NCBI GenBank assembly: GCA_053919585.1
Contig: CM132788.1
DNA from: Euprymna scolopes
Lineage: Eukaryota
DNA: 64,000 bases
Strand: one strand, 5' to 3'
Shown: in pieces, positions 37,272 to 49,529 of the stretch
How the letters are laid out: the number at the start of each line of letters is the position of its first letter
Numbering within the stretch: position 1 is the stretch's first letter
Made by a program: the position numbers and the translations under genes
Notes under the pieces: generated by a model
What the model was told of the DNA's origin: nothing
What the model saw: the letters and a program-made list of their open reading frames with translations, nothing else
Database searches by the model: none

Positions 37272-38330
37272 GGAATATTGGTTACCAGCTTTCATAACTA
37301 ACGTTCGGTTTAATATCGGTCTCATAACTGAAGTGTTGATTTGATCCACTTTATTTTTTAAGTATGGTTTGGCTTTATCCTAGGTTCACCTTCCTAGGTA
37401 TTATCTCATTTATGTGCAGAAGGGTTCATTTCTGTCAGTAAGGCCACAAATTCGCCAACTGTAATCCCATGCAGAGGAATAAAGCCCCCACCACAAAAGA
37501 CTGGGCCATCTGTAGACAATAGATGATGACTCATGATGCTTTAAAACACGATTCTAATGACTGCTTGATTCTTCCACTTAAGTGCTTAAGTTAGTCTGAA
37601 GGTCGGAGAAGCCTAATCCCCTCAGTTTTTCATGTCTTGTCCAACTTCCCAACTTTATTACATCGAGTCTTCATAAAAAATTAATGCTAAAGAGTAAGGT
37701 TTGAAGACTCTTCATAGCGTAGCATTTTCTGGGAGTAATACACCCCTCTTAGATTTGTCTAACGTTAATGTTCTGTAGTTAATATTTCCACACTTAGCAA
37801 AATTCACTTTCTACAAGCAATGTATTTCTCAGAAATACATTCTAGCAATGCAAAAAATTACTATAATTTGAAAACTTCATTCTGCATCAAAACCCTTTTT
37901 TAAATGTTCATATGCCATAAAATCTAAATATACCACAAACAATTGTCGACTGACTGGTCCATTTTCTGCTACTTTTGTACCTCATTAAAGTACCCCCTTA
38001 CGGAATCTCGGTTGCTCAACCTTGTGCCATACCTTGCTGCAGTGGCAAGCATGTAAATGCTAACTGAAATTATTTGCTTACAGAACCATTAAAGTTTACA
38101 ATTGTCTTCATGCATTAGTTGTCAGTTGCCCCTCTTGTATGCACTTCTATGGAGATCCTGCTAGACTGAGGATTTGCCACTTGAAATCAAAACCCCTTAT
38201 TAATACTCTAAAAAGGATGAAGTCTACTCGAGGCTTTATTTGATTTGATCTTAGTTCTAAATCACTGTTTACTGGGAAAGGGAGAAATATTGCTAATCAC
38301 TGTTAAATCCTGTGAGCATTTTAATTTTAA

Positions 38331-39369
38331 CTAGACTACCCGTGACCCGTTGGGTCAGTATGTTATTAGCTATGGAATTAATGCGTGACACTTGCGATGT
38401 AAAGAAAATAGTTTTTTTTTTTGTTTTTTTTGTGACATAAAAAACATTTCTATGAAAGTATATTAAAATGAAAAAATAGATTTCCAAGAGTTGTTCTGTT
38501 TATAATTGTTTATTCTTAAAAAAAAACTTACAGCCATTGAATTATAAGTGGTTTGCCATACTTATAGGTAAATGTGCACGGAACAGATACCATAATACTT
38601 ATAGTTAAATTCAAATTTTGAAATATCTATCAATTTAAACATGAAAAAAAAATTGGGTCGTTGAAAACGTACAGTAAAACAATACATTGTAAAATAGATT
38701 TGTTTGTAAGAAAATTGCGTTAAAATAACTTAAACATAATATGGAAATGAACGATGTAAAAAAAAAAAATGCAGGAAGTATTAACAATTGTTTATTTGGC
38801 TAATTTAAAACGCAAAAAAAAAAATTAGGCCGTTGAAAACATACACAGTAAAAAAAAAAAATACGTTGTCAACAGATCCAAATTGATTTATTTGTAAGAA
38901 TTGCGACAGTATAGTTGTAATACAGAATAGTTGGAAAACCTCCCCTAAAGGGTCAGTATGTTATATTAGCTATGGAATTATTGTATGAGCATGACACTTG
39001 TGACGTAAAAAGTTTTTTGTGACTAACAAACATTTCTATTAAAGTATATTAAAATGAACAAAAGAATATAGATTTCTATGAGTCGTTCTGTTTATAATGG
39101 TTTATTTTTGAAAAAAAACTTACAGCTATTGAATTATAAGTGGATTTTTATCAGCCACGTGGTCTTGTAACTTTGCGTTTAGGCATGATCTGAAGGGAAA
39201 TACATTATTTCAATTTTCTTCTTCATTAGTAGTAGTAGTAGGGGAAATACATGTCAACCAGTAGGAAAAGGAGGCGTAGTAGTTGTAAAGAGAAGTAATA
39301 GTAGGCATAGTAGGAGGAGGATAGCACGCAAGCAAACAACCAAGAATGACAGTTTTAGTATTATATAGA
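38331..39369 (-). mobile_element. Non-autonomous Helitron with intact termini
   Basis: Minus strand A|TCTATATAATAC...GACCC-AAC-GGGTC hairpin, 9 nt, CTAG|T: 5' TC, 3' hairpin plus CTAG, inserted between A and T with no TSD. Confidence 0.85.
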
Positions 39370-40080
39370 TAATTATGCATTTCCCAAACCTCTTGCTCTT
39401 GACTGTAAGGTCAGTTTCTATCAATTTCCAGTTCTAGTAAAAAACTATTAATTTCAGCAAATTGACCCCCGATTCTCGACTTTCGCTCAACATTTAAGAA
39501 TGCTTGATCATTGATTTCCCAACTTTTCTATAAGTAACAATGTTTAAAAGATTTTTTTTTTTCAATTGAAAAAATGTATTTCATTTTTTATTAAATGTTC
39601 AAGTAATGTTAAATTTAATTTGCAGAATTTGAGTTACAAGCACTAATTAACGCTTGACACACTTGTGTTTGTACCAATTTTATTGCAAGCACTCGATGAA
39701 AATAAGTGTTTACTGAAATTACTTAATTTTATGCAAAGACACGATCTATAAAATCAGTTTTCAATATTCACCATGTTGAACTTAAAATTCACCCCAAAAT
39801 ATGAAAAATTCGATTACAATCAACTTTTGGAAATCAAAACCGATAGTTTACTCCTCACAATTTTAGGTTTAAGAATTATTCGATAATCTTTAACTCAAAC
39901 ATATTTTTGTGTTCTAAGAATTACAATTCCCAACTTTTTAGTACAAAATTTAATTGCTTCAGTTATGAAGACTTAAGACTATAAAAGACTAAAATACATA
40001 CTTAAAGATTATCACTGACGAACAGCAATGTTTTCTAGGAGTGACTTTATTTTACTGTTCTGGGGTAATTTTCCTACTCC

Positions 40081-40180
40081 TCTGAACGGCATAATACTTA
40101 TTAGATCACCGAAGTTAAGACACCTTCAGCCTGGTTGGTACCGGTTGGGTGACTATTTGGAAATACCAGGCGCTGTATGC
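40081..40180 (+). mobile_element. 5S-derived SINE head or 5S pseudogene
   Basis: ACGGCATAAT...GATCACCGAAGTTAAGACA...GCCTGGTTGGTACCGGTTGGGTGACTATTTGGAAATACCAGGCGCTGTATG. Confidence 0.75.
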
Positions 40181-40573
40181 AGGATGTCGACGCCTTCTTG
40201 CAAAAACTTAGTATCTCCCCTAACCTGGATATACATGCGAGTAGAAAACATTTTGGAATGTAATATTCCCTTGACATTTCCTCCAGAGGAAAGTTCAACT
40301 TGTATAGAGTGACTATTGCTGGCAGACATACATACTCCTCTCTTTAAAATTTAATTCTGGAAGTAATATGCCTACTCTTAAGATTTTGCTTTTTAAGATT
40401 AAGATTTTCTAAGAATATGAAATAATTACTCCTAGGATTCCATTTGAAAACGGCATTAATCAACTTGTAAATAGTTGATACGCCGTGAACGAAAGAATTC
40501 AGAGGTGACCTGCTTGATGATTGCTAACCCTTTCCTACAATACATCCTGTTAAGGGCTCACACCGATCTAGTA

Positions 40574-40697
40574 GATATATGGCACAATCATGTTGACATC
40601 AGTTCTCGCCAGATCATCGGAGTTAAGAAAAGTAGTCTAGCCAGTATCAGATGGGTGACTGTTTGGGAATACTAGGCACTAGATGTGCTCTTTGTAT
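40574..40697 (+). mobile_element. 5S-derived SINE head or 5S pseudogene
   Basis: ATATGGCACAATCATGTTGACA..GTTCTCGCCAGATCATCGGAGTTAAG...AGTATCAGATGGGTGACTGTTTGGGAATACTAGGC, continuing into ATGTGCT as in the other copies. Confidence 0.75.
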
Positions 40698-43649
40698 CTT
40701 GTCAGTTTCCAATTGTTTTGAACTTATTAAATTAAAACAGTGTCAAATGAAAGGTGTGGTTCGAAATGTGAAACTCTTGCCACCTGTTTCATGCACAGAC
40801 ACTCATCAGCAGTTATCAATAGTCTGTCAAAACTGAAAGGAGCCTTTTTACTTGATAAAAATAGGTTCAATGCTACCAGATTATTTAGCCATCATTCTCA
40901 CGTCTTTTTAAGTGCCTATATTTAGGTTCTTCCTTATACAAGTTGACAATAACTGACATAGTAAAAGGTAGTTGCCTGGCTTATGGACTTAGCAGTTTCC
41001 ATCTGCACAAGGATAAGATTGGCAACCATGCAAGTTCCTAAAATTTAAAAATACAACGCCCCAAAAATAAACTTGAACTGAACACATTGTGCCAATTTTA
41101 GTAATTATTACAAAAGCCCCAAAAAGGATTCCGCCATTAATCATTTCAATGTTTAAGAGTATTTATCTCATCGAAACAAATTTGCTTACAAACTGAACAA
41201 GGAGTGGTTGACATGTAATGTTGCAAGGGGTGTATCCCAAGTAATACATTTCTTTCTCTTCTGCATGCCTGAATGTGCCAATGGGTTTTAAAATGTCTGC
41301 AATGCACCTCTAATGCAAAGCAATGTCCCAAACTCCTCCCCAACTTCAAGCAACCTGCTTTGTGGAGCCCGGCACACCATTTGCATGCGTGTAGCATGAC
41401 TTCAAGATCTGAGCCCGTTTGTTAAAACTTCACAAACGCAATCTTGGATCTCTTTTTGTCCTAACCCGCAGGAAAGACAGCCACAAGGGCGTTTTAAAGA
41501 TAGGCCGTTCCTATTTTCCCATATTGAACAAGGAGTGGTGGACAGGTGTCAAAGCAGCTGGTTGAGATGTGATGGTGAAGTTGGTAGTTGTGGGGAAATG
41601 TGATTGGGTTCTCTAGGGGACCTCTATTACTTACCACAATAGCTACTTTTGATGTCTAGTTCTTATGAATAATTTGAGGCTACTGTGAAGTGGTGTTATC
41701 CTACCTGGAGGAATATTGGTTCCATTGGATAAAAGTGGTAAGATCTCCCCTCCAGGTTGCTGTTCTGTCCTTTTGTCTTCTGTACTTTGATTTGGCATAC
41801 TCCATTGCCCTTATCAGTGTTCACTTCTCTCCCATACCTCCTCCTGTCCGTCTGGTCTCCTAGAATGGTCTTCAGTGGCCCTCAAATCCTGACATCTGAG
41901 GTTTATTTCCTCTGTCAGATGTATGTCGTCCTCTGATATGAGGATCGCAACTTGGGTAAGGATGTCGCCTTTTTTCTCCACTAGGTTTGAGGCTCTTACC
42001 CTGTTAATTAATATTTCTCCTGCACCGCGTCCCCCTTTCTGAAACCCAAGTAGTTGTAGCGGTCCAGGAGCTCCTTTTTCTGCCCAACAGACAACTGGAT
42101 TTTAAATTGTTTCTTCTGGGGTCTCTTGGGCAAAATAGAACGCTAGGACCATTTTGGTCATGGACTGGTAACTGGCCTCTGAAATGGCTGTGACACCACC
42201 CTCTGTAGAAAGGTCCGTACCATTGCTTACCTTTTCCTGCTTATACTGAGCTATGGCCATCCAGTATGAATCCCTTTTTTTTTTTTTTTTTTTTTTTTAA
42301 GGAATCTTTCATGCTTGTTCATTGCCGATGACTTTTTATTGGTTATTCAAAGCTGCCTCTACCTGATAAAAGTAGAGAGGGTGCTCTCAGCCACAATCAA
42401 GGGAATGCATTAGATGGCTGGAGGAAGACAGCACACCATTTATTCACCCAAACAAATTTGCTCAATTAATTATAGCCTGAACTCTGAACAATATGCGGTA
42501 ACGATTTTGACGGTTTTACATGCTGCAATGTTATTTCTGTAAGACTTTTTACCCTGTAAAAAGGGGTAACATTCTCCCCCCCCCCTCCCCAGAAAATGAA
42601 ACCACTTTAAGTTAGGTCAGAAAGGCCTCATCTGATCAATCAGTTGGTCATTTTATGCCATAGTACCTGTAAGATAATCTCTATATTCAATCTGGTTCTA
42701 AAATTCAAGCTTATTTTTCATTAATCAGAACTTTTCCTGATACAAGGAAGTGGTGGCTGAGGAGTAATTATTTCGAGAATAAAGCTTAACATTCAAGTAT
42801 TTTGAGAGTAATGTTCATATACTCTAAAACTTCGTTTAAGAGTAATGCTTTCTAAGAATATAAAATTATCCTTCATAATAGGACTCCATTAAACAATTTT
42901 ATTGGGCATTAATAAATCTCCAATAAGTGGTTGATGTATCCAAACCATAATTTAGCTGACTTTAGGAGTGTCTACAGAATGGCGATGTTGTAGAAACCAA
43001 ACTTGGTATAGGACATTATTCAGACATTGAATGGTGACCTCAATGTTAATCTTGTACAGTTGAACATTTGTAGACTACCTTTTAGTTAAAAACGTCAGCT
43101 TAGTTATTCCCTGTGGAATTTTTGCTTTCTACATTAAGACACCTGCATTCAAATATTGCTACATCAAGGGTCGTTCATCCCTTTGTTAATGGTATTACAG
43201 TATAAGTAAATGCAATGGGTCCAATTGTACTTGATCTCAACACTATCCATTCTTTAAGCCTCACTTATTTTACATATAATCTTGTAGGATATTAAACTTG
43301 TATAACATTGAACTTCGAGTGCATGTGATTATGTAAAACAAATTATTTCAGTATTTTATCAAGAAAACTGAAGGCAGATTGAAAGGGTCTTGCAACGAGA
43401 GTATTAGCAAAAACAAAGTATCTAGTTTGTCGTCAGATGCACTTATATAGGGTCTGAGCGTTTAGGTTCTAAAGTTGTCAATTCTTCAATCAACTCTGCC
43501 CAAACATCTTTGTAGGGAAGTGTCGGCCTGTGTAGATAGCTATCCAAGATAGTTGCAATGAATACAAACTTGACCTTTAGCTTCAAACTTAATCTCTACA
43601 ACTTACTGTCGTGCTAGGTGAGATTAAGTAAATAGGAAAGCTGTTTTTG

Positions 43650-44850
43650 CGCAAACTCAATGTGAAGAAATTGTATATAAGTATCTGTTGTTGCAAAAGA
43701 GTACACAAAACCTCAGCTCACTGCAGCAGACGTCCGTCAGTACTTTCACATCCGTCCCATCTGCTCCAGTGGCCTGTTTTTATAAAAGACAGTCCTCCAA
43801 ATTTGCATACGTGTGAGCACGAGATTCTATAAGACTGCATTGTTATACAAGGCCGCAGGTGCCATCTCGGACCCTTTTCAGCATCATGACGCTGTGTCAG
43901 CAAAGTGCACACCGAGGCCGTTTAAGAGGTAAGGCTGCATTCCCACAATTTTCGCCACATCGTCTTACGTCTAAGTTTTACCAAAGTAGAAACTAGTCAC
44001 TGTAGCGATATCGGAACTTTCCTAAATACAAGGATTGTAATCTCCAAGTAGGTGAACTTGCTTGTCATTTCAAAACTGTTCCATCAGAAACTTCATTAAA
44101 GAAAATTGGATTGGCGCATTGTCTTGGTGAAGTATCCAGTTCTCACCACATAGTGGTCTTCATTCCTAAGCGATACATATCTCAACAGATGCATTCTGCC
44201 TTTAACAATTGGCAACTCCATAGTACCAGCAGAGAACATGGCACCTCATATCATCACTCCTCCTCCACAACTAGCTCTCAGAAGACTCTGAAAGAATTTT
44301 TGCATCATGCCAGTAAAATTGAAGGTAATCGGGACCATCATGATTAAATTTCTGAGAACAAAACCTTGTTCCATTCATGGTCCCCACGTTGCCTCGGTTC
44401 CGATTCAGTCCGAAGAATTCTTTTACCCGTTGCTGAGCTAATACGTTTTGGATGACCAGCCGGATTTCTTAATCATTTAGGTTGCTCAAGTGTGCACTGC
44501 CTTAGACTTTCCAATTTTGTCTGCTATTATACGAATTAACTTGGATTCCTAAATGCCAAAATCTTCCCACATCCATTTCCGTTAATTTCTTGCCTTAACT
44601 CATTTGTAAAAACAAGGATTTATAGTGATATTTTGAACCGATTGTAAAGCGTTCTTCAGTTGTCACCAAAAAACAAAGCGGCATTGTTTTCAAATGAAAG
44701 TTTTAGACAAATTTAATTTACATATTAATGACTACATTTTCTTAGTCATGAAAATTAGTTGCATAAAATTCAGGAATTAGATGTTTAGGGTTTCTAATAC
44801 TGTATATAATTGATATAACAATGCCTCATAATTTTTAGTCACTCACACTA
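43650..44850 (-). mobile_element. Decayed Tc3-like (IS630-Tc1-mariner) transposon
   Basis: Minus strand: KKLTEMDVG...IADKIGKSK near 44600, WNKVLFSE..FNHDGPD (compare FSDEKKFNLDGPDG), GGGVMI*GA. TIR-like TA-TAGTGTGAGTGACTAAAAATTATGAG at 44850. Interrupted at ~43930-44130 by an RT-like fragment (KFTYL). Confidence 0.7.
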
Positions 44851-46920
44851 TACTTAAGGAATGAGAATAGAACTAAACTCGTGTTTAGTGCTTGGCCCTG
44901 GCATTATCTGGCAGGACCTCATTTGAGGTCCAAGTCACTTGGGCATAAGGCCAGTAGACGGAAGTGGGGGTCGAGGGTCATGCTAAATAAAACTAGGTCT
45001 TTGAAAGATTTTATTTGGATTCCTGCACTGAGACTCTATCACCATAATACCTCATTCTTACCATGGCGTTTATCTACTTTAAATATCCCCAACGTATGTG
45101 CCGAATTTATGTCTGAAAAATACAAAATTGTGTACAACCCAAAGGTATTTTTTTAATAGAAAACCCTCCCAGCAAAACAAGTTGCAAGCAGTGGGTGGCG
45201 ACTTGTGATGACTTAGGAATGGATTCTTGACATTCTTCCACTTCAACCTTAACTTTAGCTGATTAATCTGATCAGGTCAGTCACGTGATACTCTATAAAG
45301 TCATACCCATCGGTATTAAATTGTTCCAAAATCCAAAACATTATTTTTCATTCTCCTTTTTCTCCCAAATAAAAATAGAAAGCCACGGCTGAGGATCAAT
45401 CATGTTAAAGATTACCAAGGATTGGTAAGGAGTGATTAATTCTAGGATTAATACCCCCCCCCCCCCGTGTAAGATTTCTTTCTGGAGAGACGTTTTCTAA
45501 GATTAATGTTTTGCATTCTCAGAAATTTCTAAGAGCGATATCTTGCAGGAATATCAATCGTTATCCTGTGCATGGTATTATAGTCCTTTCTGTTTGGAGA
45601 GGAGTATTCTCAAACAGTAATATTTACAAGGAGTGATATTTTCAAAGCAAGGTGTATTCTAAGAGCAATGTACCTCAGGAATATAAATTATCCTACTTTT
45701 AATTTATACTTGACAATTTTATTCGGCATTAAATAACTTCACTGCCAATTTTTTTTTTTTTTTTTTTTTTAGTAGGCTGCCCGTTCGTAAATTATTATAA
45801 TTTATGCAGATTTTGTATTTATTGTAGAGCCAATTCTCTACTGCTTATCATATTGTACCCAATACATAGGGGTTTGATGAGTGACTTTGGTTCCATCAGC
45901 TAGAATCAAAAGTAAAAAATTTAGCGCTTCAGCCTTAGTCATTACCATTTGAGATATCGTTACATATAAGAAATAAGTGAACCGACTTAAACCTATATTT
46001 GCACATGCATAAAAGCACTTTAAGTGGACTTACGCCTGCCGAGTTCCAATTTTGACCTTTTTAGTAGCTATTTTTAATGACTAAAAGCCTATAAAAGAAT
46101 GGTCTACAAAAAATGCAATCATTTGATCTACCTCACGCTGCTGTCCAACATTGCATTTCTGAGTAGATGCACTTTGAAAAAATCGAGACGGACAGTCAAT
46201 TTTAAATTAGATTTGAGAGGAATGTATTTTTTATAATACATTCTAAACTATTTTTAGTGAAATGCAATGTATTCAACGAATATAAATTTTCTATAGAATA
46301 AATTAAATTGAAATGTTTAAAAGCTGGACAACGCAAAAATTTAAACGAATGTTTTGTTTAAAATCAATACATTTCGACGTAACCATTTCTTTTTCAATGT
46401 TTTTTTTCTTCCGTCGCATGGTGTTACGAAATTTAAGTATCCGAATGCTGTTTTTTAATCCAATGTGCGTTTGGTATGCGTGAAGTGAAATATTTAAGTG
46501 CTCTTGCATTGATACCGTTGTTTGAATGGTAATTGATATTTAAACAAAACTTTCAATGCAGGAAAACTTCAATATTCCTACAGTCTTATATTTAACAAAC
46601 TTTATTTGGAATTCAATAACAGATGTTCGTCATAAAACAGTTTTCTTTAATTTACATGATTTCAAATAGTGACTAGGAATTGCAAAGCGATAACGAGCTG
46701 CCGAACTCGGTTAGTAACGAATAGACAAACCAACTAACCAGTCAAATTCTGTCTTTGGATTTAAACGGAGTAAATCTCCGATATTGATATAAAATTAAAA
46801 TGAATTTAACTATAAATATTCTCTAGTTTGAAAACTGATTTCAGTGGAGTTGTAAAGTTGTGTTCTGTCCTGCCTACAATCTTTTAGGCCAGCTTCAATC
46901 TTGATAATACACTTTCAATT

Positions 46921-47073
46921 CGCCGACTGTTCCTTTTACCGCTTTTATGCATCTTGCATAATCTAATTTGCATAGTTTGTATCATATGATCGTCAAATAC
47001 AAAAGCGACGTCGCCATTTTGTTTCCCCGCTCCTTAAGCGAATGAACCCGATACCTACGCTAATCAGGTAAGC
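46921..47073. promoter_or_regulatory. Putative divergent Pol II promoter module, copy 2
   Basis: Minus strand: ATGCAAAT (46973-46966), 16 nt, CATAAAAG, then AGTCGGC. Plus strand: TACAAAAG, CGCCATTTTG (47012), CAG|GTAAGC (47068). Confidence 0.55.
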
Positions 47074-47264
47074 TATGATTTTTTCCCTACAATCTTCTAA
47101 CGAAACCTTTGATAATACATGCATTGTATATGTATAATTACTCATGAGCCGCTAGGTTAAGCCATTATCACTTTAATTCGTTGCAAAATTCATAAACTGG
47201 CATGTTATCAGATCAGGCTGTAAGAAGATACTGGCTTCCTGACCTAGAATGCACTAAACTTTTA

Positions 47265-47830
47265 GTCATCACTTATCAATGGTCACTGAAAAAGAGTTAA
47301 TGAGTGCTCAGTGGTTGAGATAGCAGTGTAGTGATTGTTAGTAGTGGAAATTAGAATTTTAAGGGTACGGCTCGGCAAGAACTTTTTATACTAGACTTGA
47401 AGACGACCATGTTATAGAAAGTTGTTGCTGGAAAGTAGGGGGCAGTTCTAGGTAATGTTTGTTTATGGAATTTGCATTTAGATTTAGGTACAGTGGGGGG
47501 GGGAAAGTGATAGTGGTTGTCGCAAGACTAGTGTCATTTGTGAAAGTCATACAGGTGAGGGGCGTGACCATAGATTGAAGCTCGGACATTTAAAATATTG
47601 ATAGACAGGATTGCAATGTCTTTTCTATGGGGAAAGAGGTTGCAGTGATAAAATAACATCCCTAGTATGTTTCAGAATGGGTTTTGAACTGCAAAGATTG
47701 GTTGCGCCAAGTGGTACTTCCCCAGATGTGGCAACAGTACTCCATTTTGATGACCTATTTGGCTCTTGTATAGAGAGAGGATGCCATCAGAAGTGTGATA
47801 TTTTCTGGATTGGTAGAATGATGTAACTAT
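47265..47830 (-). mobile_element. 3' portion of a CR1/L2-group LINE (RT C-terminus and tail)
   Basis: LYKSQI..KMEYCCHIW, QPL.HRKDIA, SELQSMVTPL, VPKSKCKFHKQ, YNMVVFKSS; tail TTGATAAGTG. Confidence 0.75.
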
Positions 47831-48887
47831 TTCCTATGCTTTTGCAAAAGCAAAAACATTTTTCCTGTAAAACAACCAAACACCATTATTTAAGTAACTA
47901 TATTACTGAACTGAGCCTTCAATAACTCGAAGGGTTGATATGCCATAAAACTATAAACCGTTAAATTCTTCTTGCAGAACTAAAATAAGTTTTTCTATTT
48001 TAAGAGTAATGGTACTTTGTCTAATTTGTCGGCATAAAAGATTTCAAACTTGAATCGGTTGCTTTCTATAAATATTTGGAAACGTTAAGAACTGCTATTC
48101 ATTGAGTCAATACAGTTAGTGAGAAAACGCATAGCTGATAGATTTATTCAGTTAATTACAAATTACTTGTAATGAGAAATGAATTTATTTTCAAACATAA
48201 CTCAATCCCAGAACTGAAGTATTTTAACGTTTTTAATATATATATATATTGGTTAAACGACTTGAAGTAAACATGAAATTTTCCTTTATAACAGTTAAAT
48301 CTCTACCCGCCATTGCTCTGAACATTGATTGCTTCGTTTATTGGTGTTACATAGCATGGATAGCAAAATGCATTGCTCTGATACTGTCTTTTGTTCGTGT
48401 CTTGTAAAACAAGGGGTTCATATTTAGTGTATAACTGTTATTGTATAAAGCATGTACATGAATTGGCACAATCTTATCACACCACACTATTTTTACTGTT
48501 CATAGATTTTTCGATAAACTGGGTTAGTCAATTTTTCAATTTTTTTTTTTTTTTTTATGCAAACTAATTTCCAGGCTCCATTTTGAAATGTTAAGGTCTG
48601 ATTGTTAAACGTCAATATTGTTCAACTACGGCTTTCACTTGGTCACTGTCGATCATGTTGAGCCGGCCAGGATGAACATATCTCCCTGAGAACTTATTGG
48701 AATTGAGCAAACGATTCTAGGCACATGAAACAAAAATGTAGTAGGCAAAAAAATAATAAATGTTCTGTCAGCAACAGTACAACTTCAAAATAGTCAATAT
48801 CGCCCACCTCCAGAAGAGAGGGAATTCCTGTCCGTGATAACCGTGGTAAAAGAAGACACACTCCAATCGCCAGAAACACCCACACAC

Positions 48888-48903
48888 ACAATTTGAAGGA
48901 CAC
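48888..48903 (-). other. 16-bp target motif / TSD, copy 3 (GTGTCCTTCAAATTGT)
   Basis: Immediately follows the 3' end of element A; 15/16 identical to 54676-54691 and 61837-61852. Confidence 0.85.
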
Positions 48904-49529
48904 GAAATTTATTTTATTTAGCAAAAAATTTTTACAAAATAAAAATGTGGCACAAGGCCGAAAAAGGGGGATGGAGGTTAATGTTGACCTAACTAACATA
49001 ACGTTAACTTAACTAGACTTTTTCACCAAAATACCAGAATCACTCTGTGGACATCCTACTTTAACCCCGCAAGTTACAAATATATATACATGATGTGAGG
49101 GGTTGGGGATAAAAATCTTATTTACAAAATCGGATGAAAAAATATACAATGATAAAAAGTGGTTAGTAAAAAGAACCCCCTCACTACTAATTGTGGCGGA
49201 TAAAAAGTTTTGTGAGTCGAAAAGATGTAGGTCCCACGAAAACTAACTTTATTCAAACACAACAAAAATGGCCTACATCGCTGGCAAAACAGTTTATCCG
49301 TCACCTAAAGGGCTGGGATTGGGGATTATCGAACCAAAAGCGGGGGGAAAAAAAAACAAAAAAACGGACGCTGGGACAGGGAAAACCAAAAAAGGGATTG
49401 GGACGATGACAACACGCATACTCTAGCTAAGTTAAAAATCAAACAAAAATGCCTAACTAGCCTACTCTAGGAGGTCCGATGCATGTCTGTTTGATCAGGT
49501 CACCCAAAATCCTTAAAAAAACCTAAGCA

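Noticed and set aside
41400-42290. Possible LINE endonuclease remnant on the minus strand
   Set aside because: Composition is suggestive, but I could not recover diagnostic motifs.
48620-48680. Additional 5S-like fragment
   Set aside because: Only scattered short matches (CTACGGC, CGATCA, GTTGAGCC); too weak to call.
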